A stretch of 64,000 nt of DNA from contig CAJXFK010000002.1 in the NCBI GenBank assembly GCA_913052575.1, positions 1,746 to 65,745 of the forward strand. Direction: 5' to 3'. How positions within the stretch are numbered: position 1 is the stretch's first letter; each line of letters starts with the position of its first letter. Under the pieces are notes generated by a model, which was not told the DNA's origin, made no database searches, and saw only the letters and a program-made list of their open reading frames with translations. Made by a program: the position numbers and the translations under genes. The stretch comes from an uncultured Planctomycetaceae bacterium (lineage in GTDB: Bacteria; Planctomycetota; Planctomycetia; Pirellulales; UBA1268). Below, piece after piece: positions 10,997-21,413 of the stretch.

Positions 10997-13900
10997 TTTG
11001 TCTTATCGCCAGCTAGTTGAGACTCTGCTTGACTGAAGATGTCATTAAAGACACGACGCACCATACGTGTTGTCTGTAAGACCTCATCGGCAAGTGCCTG
11101 ACCATCCTGACGATTTAGTAAATTCGCCAACTGGTTACGTTCACGATACCCTTCAGGAAAGGTATGCCCCAGACGTACATCAAGAAGCCTCAATCTGCCC
11201 TCAATTTTTCGTAATAATCCGTATGCATTACGTAACGATGTCGCAGTATCATCTCCCATGAGACCGACATCAGCCAGAACCTCGAGAGCAAACAGTGTGC
11301 TCGGCGTCTGTAGATTCTTATATTTCTTACCGTGCAAGAGCTGAAGCATCTGAACAATAAATTCTATGTCAACGACTCCGCCAGGCCCACGCTTCAAATT
11401 GTTTTTTGCTGCGGTCTCCTCCATCCGCAACCTCATCAAATAAATTTCTCGTATATCGCCCTGCTTCCAACTTTGTTCATAAACTGCACTGTTAACGAGA
11501 GACTTCACCCGCTCAGCGGAAGGTTTCCCACCAGCCACAACACGAGCCTTTACAAGCGACTGACGCTCCCAAACAACTGCTGGCCCATCTGGGGCAAAAT
11601 ATCGACTAAAAGCCTCCAGGGAACTTACAATCGGCCCACTTCGTCCACCCGGACGAAGTCTCGAATCAACTTCATAGAGACGTCCCTGGGGAGTGAAGCG
11701 ATTAAAAATTTGTAACACTTGATGTGAAACTTCACCAAACAAAATCCCTAGCTCAGACTCGGAACATTCACCCAGACAAGTTTGTGCAACCTCTTCGTCG
11801 TAGAGAAAAATAATATCAATGTCGCTGGCGTAATTCATTTCACGACCACCAAACTTGCCCATTGCTAGTACTACAAAACCACTAGCATCAACAGGTTTGC
11901 TCTTCTTCGAAATTGAATGCATTGCCTGAGGAATACGCTGACCCTGCCTATGGACAACAAATTTGATAAGGGATTCAGCGAGATCTGACAGTGACGCAGC
12001 AATCACATGTGGTGATTGCTGCTCCAACAGATCATTGATACCAATACGCAACTGCTTTGAAACCTTAAATGCGATCAGGCTCGGTAGAACATCTGCAGTA
12101 TGCCCACCACAAAGATTCCACAATTCTTCCTCTAAATTTTCGATTGCCGGTATTACATCACCGAGGAGACTGTCCTGCAATTCATCAATCATTCCTGGGT
12201 TTTTTATAAGAAGTTCGGCAAGAAAAGGCGCAGCAGAACAAAAACGTATCGTGAGATCGAGAGCCCCCGGTGACTCACTCAAAAGTTCCCAGAGCATTCC
12301 TTTGCCACCAAGTGAATCACTTACTGAAACAAGCGTAGTCAGTGTTGCATCTGGGTCTGGTGTTGCGCTGATAGCATCAAGTAACCTTGTCACGATCGCT
12401 GCAAAAAAATGTCGACATCGGCGACTTGATAGAAAATGCGATGACTCTTCACTCAAAGCCGTTACCATTCGATATGCCTGAGAAATATTACGGAATCCAC
12501 GAAGGCTTAATACGCTTTCAATCAGTTCTTTCGGCGGCTTCGGATCAAGAATAAGATCAACTTCTGCTGTTGGGGTTGACTCTCCGGGGAAAGCATCGTG
12601 AAGCAGATGGTCAAGAATTCTCCTATTCAGTCGGGTTGCTTCTTCAATATCTCGACGAAGTACATTTTTTGCATTGGGATGACTTCCATACCTAAGACGA
12701 CTCGCAAGACGAGCAAAATCATTATCATTTTCAGGCAACCGATGCGTCTGCCTGTCATAAAGAATTTGGAGTCGATGCTCTACTGTTCTGAGAAGCCGAT
12801 AGTTTCGCTCGAGTATTTCTCTTTCCTGATCATTAAGGCTGCCATTGGCTGCTAAGCGTTGAATAGCCTCAATCGTATTACCGACCCGTACTTCTGGCTC
12901 ATCACCTCCATTGAGTAATTGAAGAAATTGAATCGTAAACTCGATGTCACGAATTCCACCACGGCCTGTTTTTAGATCCGCAGAATCAATTCCCTCACGA
13001 ATGGATCTCTGTTCTATCTGCCGCTTGAGAGCCCGTATTCCGCTAATTTCCGTCCGTGGTAGCCACCGACTATAAATCCAGGGTTGAAGTTCGGCGAGCA
13101 ACTTCTCGCCTAAGGGCCTATCACCAGCAATACACCGAGCTTTCACCCAAGCCTGCCGCTCCCATGTTCTCCCCTGCCTGTCATAGTATCTTTGAAGTGC
13201 CGCACGTGGCAGGACAAGAGGACCTTGTCCACCATATGGCCTCAGACGTAAGTCCACTCGGTATGCTGCCCCTAATTCAGTTTGGTCATTGAGCATCCGG
13301 GTAACTTCCTGAACTATTCGTTCAAAAAACTCCCCGGTTGTAAATGTTTTTGACCCCGTGACCTCACCATCTTCGGAATAACAAAAGATAAGATCAACGT
13401 CACTCGAATAGTTAAGCTCATTCCCTCCGAGTTTCCCAAGAGCTAGCACTGCAATTGTTGCAGGGCGACCATCATGTGTAAGTGGAGTTCCACGACGCTG
13501 TTGCTGCTGCAGACATACCACACGTAGGGCTTCATCAATTACACACTCAGCAATTGCTGAAATTTGATCAACCACGATTTCAAGTCGTTGCTTTTTGACG
13601 ATATCACCGTAAGCAACACGAAGAATCTCTCGACGTTTAAAACGACGCAATTTTTGCATTACTAAAGAGGAATCTAATGAATCACCAACCTCAGACCTCA
13701 CAACATCGCGAAGAGACTCTCGTTTTTCTGGCCTACCACCACCTTTTCGAATATCTTCCCAAACATTGGGCTCAGAAATGACAATCTCACCGAGAAATGG
13801 ACTCGTCGCAAGAATCGCAAGAAGTTGTTCCAAAGACTCTGGGTCTTTTTCAAATGATGCCACTGCAGCAGGTGAACTAGGGACGGCTTTAAGGAATCGA

Positions 13901-14136
13901 CCCAATGTTACAAGCAGTCGATCAATATCACCAAAGAGCGGTAGAAGTTGTTCAAGAACCTTGATGAAATTTCCAAGTGCATGAAAACTCACACCTTGCT
14001 CTACTAATTCCCGAAAAATCTGCTGCACATGCTCGCTGTCATGAATCCCTGTACTACATGCCCAGGAATCAAAAACAGATTGGTCTTCGAGAAGGTGTCT
14101 GACGTTTCTAGGTTTCATTCGATCTGGTACTTGCAT
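10993..14136 (-). CDS. glnE: bifunctional glutamine synthetase adenylyltransferase/adenylyl-removing enzyme
   Basis: 1047 aa with two nucleotidyltransferase modules (LALGKLGGNELNYSSDVDLIF and LAMGKFGGREMNYASDIDIIF), each followed by a GlnE helical domain. Confidence 0.9.
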   Translation of the reverse strand: MQVPDRMKPRNVRHLLEDQSVFDSWACSTGIHDSEHVQQIFRELVEQGVSFHALGNFIKVLEQLLPLFGDIDRLLVTLGRFLKAVPSSPAAVASFEKDPESLEQLLAILATSPFLGEIVISEPNVWEDIRKGGGRPEKRESLRDVVRSEVGDSLDSSLVMQKLRRFKRREILRVAYGDIVKKQRLEIVVDQISAIAECVIDEALRVVCLQQQQRRGTPLTHDGRPATIAVLALGKLGGNELNYSSDVDLIFCYSEDGEVTGSKTFTTGEFFERIVQEVTRMLNDQTELGAAYRVDLRLRPYGGQGPLVLPRAALQRYYDRQGRTWERQAWVKARCIAGDRPLGEKLLAELQPWIYSRWLPRTEISGIRALKRQIEQRSIREGIDSADLKTGRGGIRDIEFTIQFLQLLNGGDEPEVRVGNTIEAIQRLAANGSLNDQEREILERNYRLLRTVEHRLQILYDRQTHRLPENDNDFARLASRLRYGSHPNAKNVLRRDIEEATRLNRRILDHLLHDAFPGESTPTAEVDLILDPKPPKELIESVLSLRGFRNISQAYRMVTALSEESSHFLSSRRCRHFFAAIVTRLLDAISATPDPDATLTTLVSVSDSLGGKGMLWELLSESPGALDLTIRFCSAAPFLAELLIKNPGMIDELQDSLLGDVIPAIENLEEELWNLCGGHTADVLPSLIAFKVSKQLRIGINDLLEQQSPHVIAASLSDLAESLIKFVVHRQGQRIPQAMHSISKKSKPVDASGFVVLAMGKFGGREMNYASDIDIIFLYDEEVAQTCLGECSESELGILFGEVSHQVLQIFNRFTPQGRLYEVDSRLRPGGRSGPIVSSLEAFSRYFAPDGPAVVWERQSLVKARVVAGGKPSAERVKSLVNSAVYEQSWKQGDIREIYLMRLRMEETAAKNNLKRGPGGVVDIEFIVQMLQLLHGKKYKNLQTPSTLFALEVLADVGLMGDDTATSLRNAYGLLRKIEGRLRLLDVRLGHTFPEGYRERNQLANLLNRQDGQALADEVLQTTRMVRRVFNDIFSQAESQLAGDKTN

Positions 14137-14186
14137 GATATCCTGGCCAATTCACGCAAAAATATCCCGAATTACAGAGGCCGTAA

Positions 14187-15689
14187 TTATCTTTGAACAG
14201 CTCTACTGACCGATGGTACAGGAACTTTAATCTGATGCACCGCAGGGTTTTGTTTTTCTAAATAATCGAGAGGTACAGCATCCGCTAAACCATCGGCAAC
14301 TTCTCCGGCAAGACTCCATGAACCTGCCGATGTGATATCAATATCTACCATTCTGCCAATAAGACGAAGTGGTGCATCGAAGACCACAATACGATCACAC
14401 ATCGTTCTGCCTGTGAGTTGCGCAAAACCGTCCGGACCAGGATTGACTGCCCGCCTCTCCTCACGGGTTGAGAGTCCTTCAACGAGCACTTGCTGGCGTG
14501 ACCCAACGAATCGTCGATTCCCCTCCAAACTCGCCACTGACTGTGCTTCCTGAAGAAGACGGTTTCTTTCCTTCTTGACGCTCTCCGGCACATCGTCTAA
14601 TTGCGTGTCGAATGCTTTTGTACCCGGCCTTGGACTGTACTTGAAAATAAAACTATTTTTGAACTTCACTGTCTTCATGAGCTCAAGGCTTAAGGCAAAC
14701 TCTTCGTCTGTTTCGCCGCAAAAACCCACGATAAAGTCACTTGACAAAGCGGCGTGAGGAATTGCGACTCTTAATCGATCAAGCATTTCCATGTATTGGC
14801 CAATGGTATACCCCCGCTTCATTCGTTTCAAAACATCATCTGAACCGTGCTGGGCTGGCACGTGGAGATAGTGCGAAACTTTTGGGAGATCACGAACAGC
14901 GTGAATGAGATCATCCGTCATGTCACGCGGGTAACTCGTCAGAAACTTGATCCGTTCAAGCCCATCGATCTTGTTTAGTTCTAGCAACAAGTCGGATAGG
15001 CGAGATGTCTTGCCTCCATCCGACCATTTGTAGCTATTCACGGTCTGTCCAATGAGTGTTATTTCTTTACACCCCTCTGCAACTAATTTTTCAGCTTCAG
15101 CAATAATGGCCTGTGGGGGCCTCGCCTGCTCTGGCCCTCGCACCCTTGGCACAACACAAAAAGCACAAAACTTGTCACAACCTGTTTGCGTACGAACGAA
15201 TGCCTGGAACGGAGTTGGTCGCATCGTAGAGTCTCGATCAGGATCGTAGCTCTCAAAACTATCTACGACCTCCAAACGACTACCTGCTTTACGGTCAAGG
15301 CTGACCTCAATCTGTGGGCCGCTCCCTGCCTGAATCAGATCAATGAGTGAAGGGACTCTATGCAGCTGGCCAGGACCAACAACAAGATCAACCCACGGAG
15401 CTCGTGCACGAATCATTTCCTGATCTTTTTGAGCCATGCAACCAAGAACACCGACAATTAATCCTGGGAGTTTTTCTTTCTGCTTACGAACCCGACCGAG
15501 TGCGGAATAAATTTTATCCTCTGCATGTTGACGAACGCTGCATGTATTAAAAAATACTGCATCTGCATCAGACATGGTAGCCGTCATATCCCACCCTTGT
15601 CGACGTAACGCAGCGACGACAAGTTCACTGTCGAGAACATTCATTTGACAGCCGACGGTCTCAATAAATAGTCGTTTCGTTGCAGCCAT
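14187..15689 (-). CDS. miaB: tRNA-2-methylthio-N6-dimethylallyladenosine synthase (radical SAM methylthiotransferase)
   Basis: 500 aa. It has the N-terminal UPF0004 motif (ETVGCQMNVLDSE), the radical-SAM cluster CDKFCAFC and a C-terminal TRAM domain. Confidence 0.9.
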   Translation of the reverse strand: MAATKRLFIETVGCQMNVLDSELVVAALRRQGWDMTATMSDADAVFFNTCSVRQHAEDKIYSALGRVRKQKEKLPGLIVGVLGCMAQKDQEMIRARAPWVDLVVGPGQLHRVPSLIDLIQAGSGPQIEVSLDRKAGSRLEVVDSFESYDPDRDSTMRPTPFQAFVRTQTGCDKFCAFCVVPRVRGPEQARPPQAIIAEAEKLVAEGCKEITLIGQTVNSYKWSDGGKTSRLSDLLLELNKIDGLERIKFLTSYPRDMTDDLIHAVRDLPKVSHYLHVPAQHGSDDVLKRMKRGYTIGQYMEMLDRLRVAIPHAALSSDFIVGFCGETDEEFALSLELMKTVKFKNSFIFKYSPRPGTKAFDTQLDDVPESVKKERNRLLQEAQSVASLEGNRRFVGSRQQVLVEGLSTREERRAVNPGPDGFAQLTGRTMCDRIVVFDAPLRLIGRMVDIDITSAGSWSLAGEVADGLADAVPLDYLEKQNPAVHQIKVPVPSVSRAVQR

Positions 15690-15711
15690 GCCGTTGATCT
15701 TATCCTAAGAA

Positions 15712-16752
15712 CTAGGGGGTGTCTCCATTGTCGACCGAAACAGGCAGTTGCGAGCCTACACGTACGGAACTTCCACGTAGAAAATCTGCTGCTGACATTA
15801 CTCGCCGACCTTCAGGTATTACTTGCCGTATTGCTAATCGACTCCCACCACCACACGCGACAATAAAGCTATCGGCGTTTATCTCAGCAATCATCCCTGG
15901 TGGCATATTCGCATCAATTGATTGACCTTCAACAACCTCGGTTTCCAAACACACGAGCCGACGAATGCCATTCATGTGTGGAACAAATGCTGTTAAGCGT
16001 GGCCATGGGACAAATGCTCTCCGCCGACGATCAATATCTATGGCTGTCATTTCCCAATGAACAAATCCATCGTGCTTTGCAATCCTTGGAGCTTTCGTTG
16101 CTTTGCTTTCATCCTGAGCCTGCCCTACTGTTGCATGTATATTATTCTCCAGAGAACCGCCGGCTCCCTGAAGATTATCGAGAGATTCCAAGACCGCCTC
16201 GACTCCAAGAATAGCCAAACGCGCCTCTAGCTCAGCAGACGTTTCTTTCTCTCCAATCATCGTCGAACGACTGGCAAGAATATTCCCAGCATCCAACTTC
16301 GGTGTCATATGAATGACGCTTACACCTGTTTGTGTATCACCAGATAGAATTGCCCACTGCACAGGGGCAGCCCCACGATGTCTTGGCAGGAGAGAGCCAT
16401 GCAAATTCACGCCTCCCAATCGCGTCGCACGAAGCGTATCACTTGAAAGAATCTGACCGTAGTCACAGACCAACATGATATCCGCCCCAAAGGCTCTCAG
16501 TTGATCCTGGACACCGACAGCATTGACATCCGGTGGATCCAGCAGAGCAAAGCCTACTTTCTCTGCAGTTTCCCGCATGGGATTCACCGGCGAACGTCTT
16601 TTACCAGCAGCGCGAGTAGGTCTGGTGACAACCGCAACTATGTGGTGCTTCGAAGACAAAATCGCCTCAAAAGACGGGAGAATAAAACCGCCCGTTCCCA
16701 TGACCACAACGGATAAGCCGTTCTGTAAATCTGTAGCACTCATGGCTTGCAA
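15712..16752 (-). CDS. fmt: methionyl-tRNA formyltransferase
   Basis: 346 aa with the motifs VVVMGTGGF, NLHGSLLPRHRGAAPVQWAI and KLDAGNIL. The true start may be the ATG at 16741-16743, which forms an ATGA overlap with the def stop. Confidence 0.9.
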   Translation of the reverse strand: MQAMSATDLQNGLSVVVMGTGGFILPSFEAILSSKHHIVAVVTRPTRAAGKRRSPVNPMRETAEKVGFALLDPPDVNAVGVQDQLRAFGADIMLVCDYGQILSSDTLRATRLGGVNLHGSLLPRHRGAAPVQWAILSGDTQTGVSVIHMTPKLDAGNILASRSTMIGEKETSAELEARLAILGVEAVLESLDNLQGAGGSLENNIHATVGQAQDESKATKAPRIAKHDGFVHWEMTAIDIDRRRRAFVPWPRLTAFVPHMNGIRRLVCLETEVVEGQSIDANMPPGMIAEINADSFIVACGGGSRLAIRQVIPEGRRVMSAADFLRGSSVRVGSQLPVSVDNGDTP

Positions 16753-17381
16753 CGCTGTGCCTCGAGTTGATCCAGTTCCGAAATGATTTCATCTTCAGGT
16801 GACAATTCACCACGAGATTGTTTACTGTGATAGATATCTTTGAATAATTCGAGGTCTCGCTTCACTTCAAGACTTGCTGCATCAGGAAGCCTGTCCGTAA
16901 ACAGCCGCCCTTCGAGGTGATCAAATTCATGCTGTACAACACGAGCCAGGAAGCCATCCAGATCAATGCGTATCGGCTGACCGTCCAGATCCCAAGCCTC
17001 AATAATCACGCGTTGTGGCCGTCGAACGTCAGCTCGTAATCCGGGAAGACTGAGGCACCCTTCCTCCTGAATTGCCGTCCCCCGAGGTCTACTCAGTGTC
17101 GGATTCAAAAAGGCCATTTCCTCGCCAGAATCTGGGTCGCCCGTGGGATTCACAACAAACATTCGGTACGGCAAAGCTACTTGATTCGCTGCCAGACCGA
17201 CTCCTTGTGCGTCATACATAATTTCAAACATTTGTTCGACGGCATCACGAACACCGTCATCAATACGGAGAAGTGGTTTTGCCTTTCTGAAGAGCGCCGG
17301 ATGTGGATACTCGACAAGGCTGAGTGTGCCAATCGAGGCCTCATCAGATGGTTGGGAGTTCGAGTTTGGCGAAGTAGACAC
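16740..17381 (-). CDS. def: peptide deformylase
   Basis: 213 aa with the three signature motifs GVGLAANQV, EGCLSLPG and QHEFDHLEG. Confidence 0.92.
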   Translation of the reverse strand: MSTSPNSNSQPSDEASIGTLSLVEYPHPALFRKAKPLLRIDDGVRDAVEQMFEIMYDAQGVGLAANQVALPYRMFVVNPTGDPDSGEEMAFLNPTLSRPRGTAIQEEGCLSLPGLRADVRRPQRVIIEAWDLDGQPIRIDLDGFLARVVQHEFDHLEGRLFTDRLPDAASLEVKRDLELFKDIYHSKQSRGELSPEDEIISELDQLEAQRCKP

Positions 17382-17437
17382 AAGAAACCTCCAACGTCTA
17401 AACCTTAATTTTATGCATTCAAAATAAACCTGCTTAT

Positions 17438-17983
17438 ATGATACCTTTTTATTTCTCTGCTAACAGGAACAGCCTAGTGAATCATAAACTGCCAGATACC
17501 AGAAAGCCGCCGGCATGGAGCCACCCCGCCGTGCTCCTGGCAACCTGTTTTTGGATTGGGCGCATCCGTCCTGCACCCGGAACGTGGGGGTCTGCAGCTG
17601 CGATACCCGTCATCGTGGCACTGTCATATGCCCGTCTACCCCTCGTCCTTGAAGTGTCATTGTTGGTAACTGTGTGCTGTATAGGCATTCCTCTTTGCAC
17701 GATTGCTACGCGTCAACTTGGGGGCCAAAAAGATCCATCATCAATAGTTATCGATGAATTTTTAGCCATGCCCCTTGTTCTGCTCGTTGTCTCCCCTGAG
17801 CAACGAACCTGGCCTGTAATATTAATTGCTTTTCTTCTTTTTCGTCTCTTTGATATCACGAAGCCACCTCCCTGCCGGCAACTTGAAAATCTGCCCCAAG
17901 GTCTTGGTGTTATGGCAGACGATTGGGCAGCAGCAGGACTTTCAGCCTGTGCTCTTTTTGTAATATCGTTCGTTCTTTCATAA
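17438..17983 (+). CDS. pgpA: phosphatidylglycerophosphatase A
   Basis: 181 aa with PAPGTWGS, SIVIDEF and FRLFDITKPPP motifs and a hydrophobic membrane profile. Confidence 0.8.
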   Translation: MIPFYFSANRNSLVNHKLPDTRKPPAWSHPAVLLATCFWIGRIRPAPGTWGSAAAIPVIVALSYARLPLVLEVSLLVTVCCIGIPLCTIATRQLGGQKDPSSIVIDEFLAMPLVLLVVSPEQRTWPVILIAFLLFRLFDITKPPPCRQLENLPQGLGVMADDWAAAGLSACALFVISFVLS

Positions 17984-18042
17984 TTTCATTGACTAATCCC
18001 CATACTTCATAAAAGCTGATTGTGTTCTGTTCTGCCTGTCAC

Positions 18043-18483
18043 TTACGAAGTGGTCGCCGAACGATTCAACAAAGTATCAATGTCACCGGACTGCAGCGCT
18101 TCGACAAATAGGGGTATGCTTTTGTAGATCACATTACTGGTAATCTGAACAACCCAATTCTGGAGAAGTGGAGTAATCGTGATGATAAACCGTGCATGTT
18201 TATGTGCCTCCCACATTTCAATTGCGGTTCCCATTGAAGCCTCCGGGACATATGCAATTAAAACGTCAAATTGCTGACACATGTCTATATGCCCGCAAAA
18301 AACATCTCGTGCACGGCTGCTGCTATAACCCACCGAATCCGTGTGATTCGCGAAAGGATCGTACACCTCTGCCTTTGGCCAATGTCTATGTACAATGTTA
18401 TGTAACGATTCACGATATGATTGATTGTGTACACACGATGATACGTATGAACCCTGCATAATTCCCGCAAGAAAAACTTTCAT
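18043..18483 (-). CDS. hypothetical protein, nucleoside 2-deoxyribosyltransferase-like fold (tentative)
   Basis: 146 aa. The N-terminal MKVFLAGIMQGS and central IAYVPEASMGTAIEMWEA resemble the Rossmann-like NDT/YtoQ family pattern. The assignment is weak. Confidence 0.35.
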   Translation of the reverse strand: MKVFLAGIMQGSYVSSCVHNQSYRESLHNIVHRHWPKAEVYDPFANHTDSVGYSSSRARDVFCGHIDMCQQFDVLIAYVPEASMGTAIEMWEAHKHARFIITITPLLQNWVVQITSNVIYKSIPLFVEALQSGDIDTLLNRSATTS

Positions 18484-19768
18484 GCCTTACTCCACATCAA
18501 CTAAAAAGAAACCGTCTCGTTTAGCAAATCAAAAAAAAATCACGGCACAAAAAAATTTAAAAAGTTCATCCAAATGTCGTGCACAAGCTTCACCAAACAT
18601 ACCCAAGATTGATATCACAAAAGCACAAAAAACTGTTCTTGATCTTCTCAAAATCCCTGGCATTTCGGGTCAAGAAAAGCAGATTGCTGAACTCATTTGT
18701 AAAAAACTAATCGATGCTGGCTGCCCTAAAAGCCTGATTTCATTCGACCAGGCACACAAAAAAACACCACTTCAAGGCAACTGTGGCAACTTAATCGTGA
18801 AGTTACCAGGCACTCGGCGAGGTCCTCGTCGACTTCTTATGGCACACATGGATACTGTTCCAGTTTGTGAAGGGACAAGGCCAGTTGTCAAAGGAAATAT
18901 CGTAAAAAGTGGAAATCCAATGACAGGCCTTGGTGCAGATGATCGGTCTGGATGCGGTGTCGTGCTTACCACAGCTCTTGAAATTTTACGACAAAAAATT
19001 GATCATCCACCGCTCACATTTTTCTTTGCCATCCAAGAAGAGGTGGGCCTATGGGGTGCTCGTACAGTCAAAGCAAGCGACCTCGGAAAACCTAAATTAG
19101 CCTTTAATTTTGACGGCGGCGATGTCGACAAGTTAACCATTGGTGCGACGGGTGGCGAACGCCTCGATATTACAATCGAGGGGATCCCCAGTCATGCCGG
19201 CGTTGCACCGGAACAAGGTGTCTCAGCAATTGCCGTTGCCTCACTCGCGATCGCGTCCCTCCATCAGGAGGGATGGCACGGTTTAGTTCAGAAGGGCTCA
19301 AAAAGAGGCACCAGTAACATTGGGGTTATCAATAGCGGCGCTGCCACAAATGTTGTTGCTGAACGTGCAACCATTCGAGCAGAGGCAAGAGGACATGACC
19401 CAGGTTTTCGAAATAAAATTGTTCGCGCTATTGAGAAAGCATTCGATAAGGCTGCTCAAAGCGTACGATCGTCAACCGGTCGCAGAGGTACTATTTCAAT
19501 AACAAAACGATTAGATTACGAGGCGTTTCGAATTCCACAAACAGACTTGTCTGTTGTCACCGCCCGCAAAGCTCTTGAGTCTATTGGGTATAAGCCATAT
19601 TACGATGTTTCCAATGGTGGGCTTGATGCAAATTGGATGGCAGCAAATGGGATACCCACAGTTACTCTTGGATGTGGACAACATGCCATACATACCACAA
19701 ACGAATGGCTTGACCTAACGGCTTACAAGGCCGCATGTCATGCTGCACTTATACTTGCAACCAGCTGA
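18482..19768 (+). CDS. M20/M42-type metallopeptidase (peptidase T-like) with a Lys-rich N-terminal extension
   Basis: Metal-binding patterns LLMAHMDTV, GADDRSGCG and QEEVGLWGA are present. The start is placed at the ATG at 18482, because the track ORF from 18425 lies inside the opposite-strand gene. No other in-frame ATG, GTG or TTG precedes the catalytic domain. Confidence 0.7.
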   Translation: MPYSTSTKKKPSRLANQKKITAQKNLKSSSKCRAQASPNIPKIDITKAQKTVLDLLKIPGISGQEKQIAELICKKLIDAGCPKSLISFDQAHKKTPLQGNCGNLIVKLPGTRRGPRRLLMAHMDTVPVCEGTRPVVKGNIVKSGNPMTGLGADDRSGCGVVLTTALEILRQKIDHPPLTFFFAIQEEVGLWGARTVKASDLGKPKLAFNFDGGDVDKLTIGATGGERLDITIEGIPSHAGVAPEQGVSAIAVASLAIASLHQEGWHGLVQKGSKRGTSNIGVINSGAATNVVAERATIRAEARGHDPGFRNKIVRAIEKAFDKAAQSVRSSTGRRGTISITKRLDYEAFRIPQTDLSVVTARKALESIGYKPYYDVSNGGLDANWMAANGIPTVTLGCGQHAIHTTNEWLDLTAYKAACHAALILATS

Positions 19769-19774
19769 GAAAAT

Positions 19775-19808
19775 CCCCTATATCTCAGCATCCCCTATAC
19801 CTCAGCAT
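19775..19808. repeat. 2 x 17-nt tandem duplication (CCCCTATAYCTCAGCAT)
   Basis: CCCCTATATCTCAGCAT is followed directly by CCCCTATACCTCAGCAT, with one mismatch. It starts 7 nt after the peptidase stop. Confidence 0.8.
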
Positions 19809-20018
19809 CTAGTTAGCCTGCTTTTGGTGCTGTTCTGCAAGACTTGAAAACGAATATTTTATTTGAATAAAAATGTAGTTGATTCGGACACATGATGCCT
19901 CTCGGTAGTTCATTGAAGACCGTTCACCCGATTATTCGGACTGATTCACTACTTATTGCAAATGCATTCACTGAATAAGAGACGAAACTTTTATGGTGAC
20001 TCCACGTTCAAAACCAAG

Positions 20019-21413
20019 ATGAGCAAACACAGCTTAAATATTGGGATTATTGGTGGAGGTCCAGGGGGACTCTTTACTGCTTACCGTCTTGAACAACTAT
20101 GTTCTACGCCACCAACTATTTCTATCTTTGAAGCCAGTGATCGCCTTGGAGGAAAATTGCTGACTGAGCACTTTTCTACCAAGGACTTTCAATACGAAGC
20201 TGGCGCAGCAGAGTTTTATGATTACTCGTTGATTGACGAAGACCCCCTCCGAGAACTCGTTGAGCACTTCGGCCTTCCGATCCAGCCAATGGGCGGAACT
20301 TCAATGGTACAAGAGAAGAAAGTCATAGGCACACTGGAAGACACCTACGACAATCTCGGTGACACTGCTTTCCGTGAACTGATTCGATTTGATAATCGTG
20401 CAAAATCAGAAGTCTCACCTCGACAGTTTTACGATGGAACATCAACCACTCGCCTTGAATCATGTACCGCCACACCATCAGAAGATCGATTCAGTAGAAC
20501 ACTCAATCAGTTACCAGTTGAAACAAAGAATTACCTCAAACAACACATTCATAGTGATCTTGCAGCAGAGCCGCACCAGACAAGCCATCGATACGGACTC
20601 GACAACTATCTTATGAATGATCCCGCTTACATGAAGCTGTACTGCATTACTGGAGGGAATGATCTTCTCGTAAATGCCATCGCTTCACGTCTTTCTGCGA
20701 ATATACGACTACGTACGAAAGTGACTGCCGTTTGCAAAACTGAACAGAATACGATGCAGCTTTCGTGGAACAACGGTGGAAGTCATGCAAGCCAAGAATT
20801 TGATGCGGTCGTTCTTGCTCTTCCTATCGAACCACTAAAGGGAATCGTATTTGCTGGAAGTGAACTTCAATCGGTGATGCACCAACACATTACACATTTT
20901 GACCAGCCGGCTGATTACCTTCGGATCACAATACTTTTTGAAAAACCATTCTGGAAATCATGGTTACAAGACTCATACTGCATGCTTGATACCTTCGACG
21001 GCTGCTGCCTTTATGACGAGTCGTCACGAACACCCGGAGCACAGCACGGAGTTCTTGGCTGGTTACTTGGTGGCACAGCAGCCAAAAAAATGGCTGGTCA
21101 AAATGATGAAGAACTCATATCTGCGGCGATTGAGTCTCTTCCATCTCATAACAAGGAGGCGAGACAGCTTTTTCGAGAGGCAAAAGTGCATCGTTGGCTC
21201 GGTGCCGTTAGCGCACAGCCAGGTGGCTTTCACCAGGTTAACACCGACACGCGGCATTGCCCCGACGCTCACAACTGCCCACGACTATTCGTGGTCGGTG
21301 ATTACCTGTTCGACTCAACATTAAATGGCGTACTCGATTCTGCTGATTATGCTGCAGGCTGGATCGCAACGATGGCAGCAGGAGGTCAAACGCAGGATAC
21401 CCATGAACATTAA
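20019..21413 (+). CDS. FAD-dependent oxidoreductase (amine oxidase / protoporphyrinogen-oxidase-like superfamily)
   Basis: Dinucleotide-binding motif NIGIIGGGPGGLFTAYRL...FEASDRLGGKL and C-terminal FVVGDY. The start is placed at M22 of the track ORF (19956), just upstream of the Rossmann motif. Confidence 0.7.
   Translation: MSKHSLNIGIIGGGPGGLFTAYRLEQLCSTPPTISIFEASDRLGGKLLTEHFSTKDFQYEAGAAEFYDYSLIDEDPLRELVEHFGLPIQPMGGTSMVQEKKVIGTLEDTYDNLGDTAFRELIRFDNRAKSEVSPRQFYDGTSTTRLESCTATPSEDRFSRTLNQLPVETKNYLKQHIHSDLAAEPHQTSHRYGLDNYLMNDPAYMKLYCITGGNDLLVNAIASRLSANIRLRTKVTAVCKTEQNTMQLSWNNGGSHASQEFDAVVLALPIEPLKGIVFAGSELQSVMHQHITHFDQPADYLRITILFEKPFWKSWLQDSYCMLDTFDGCCLYDESSRTPGAQHGVLGWLLGGTAAKKMAGQNDEELISAAIESLPSHNKEARQLFREAKVHRWLGAVSAQPGGFHQVNTDTRHCPDAHNCPRLFVVGDYLFDSTLNGVLDSADYAAGWIATMAAGGQTQDTHEH

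Noticed and set aside
20019-21413. FAD oxidoreductase as a possible phytoene desaturase (CrtI) supplying the rhodopsin with carotenoid
   Set aside because: Only the generic dinucleotide-binding motif is shared. The gene is 10 kb from the opsin and sits in its own overlapping operon with unrelated genes. No crtB or crtY accompanies it.
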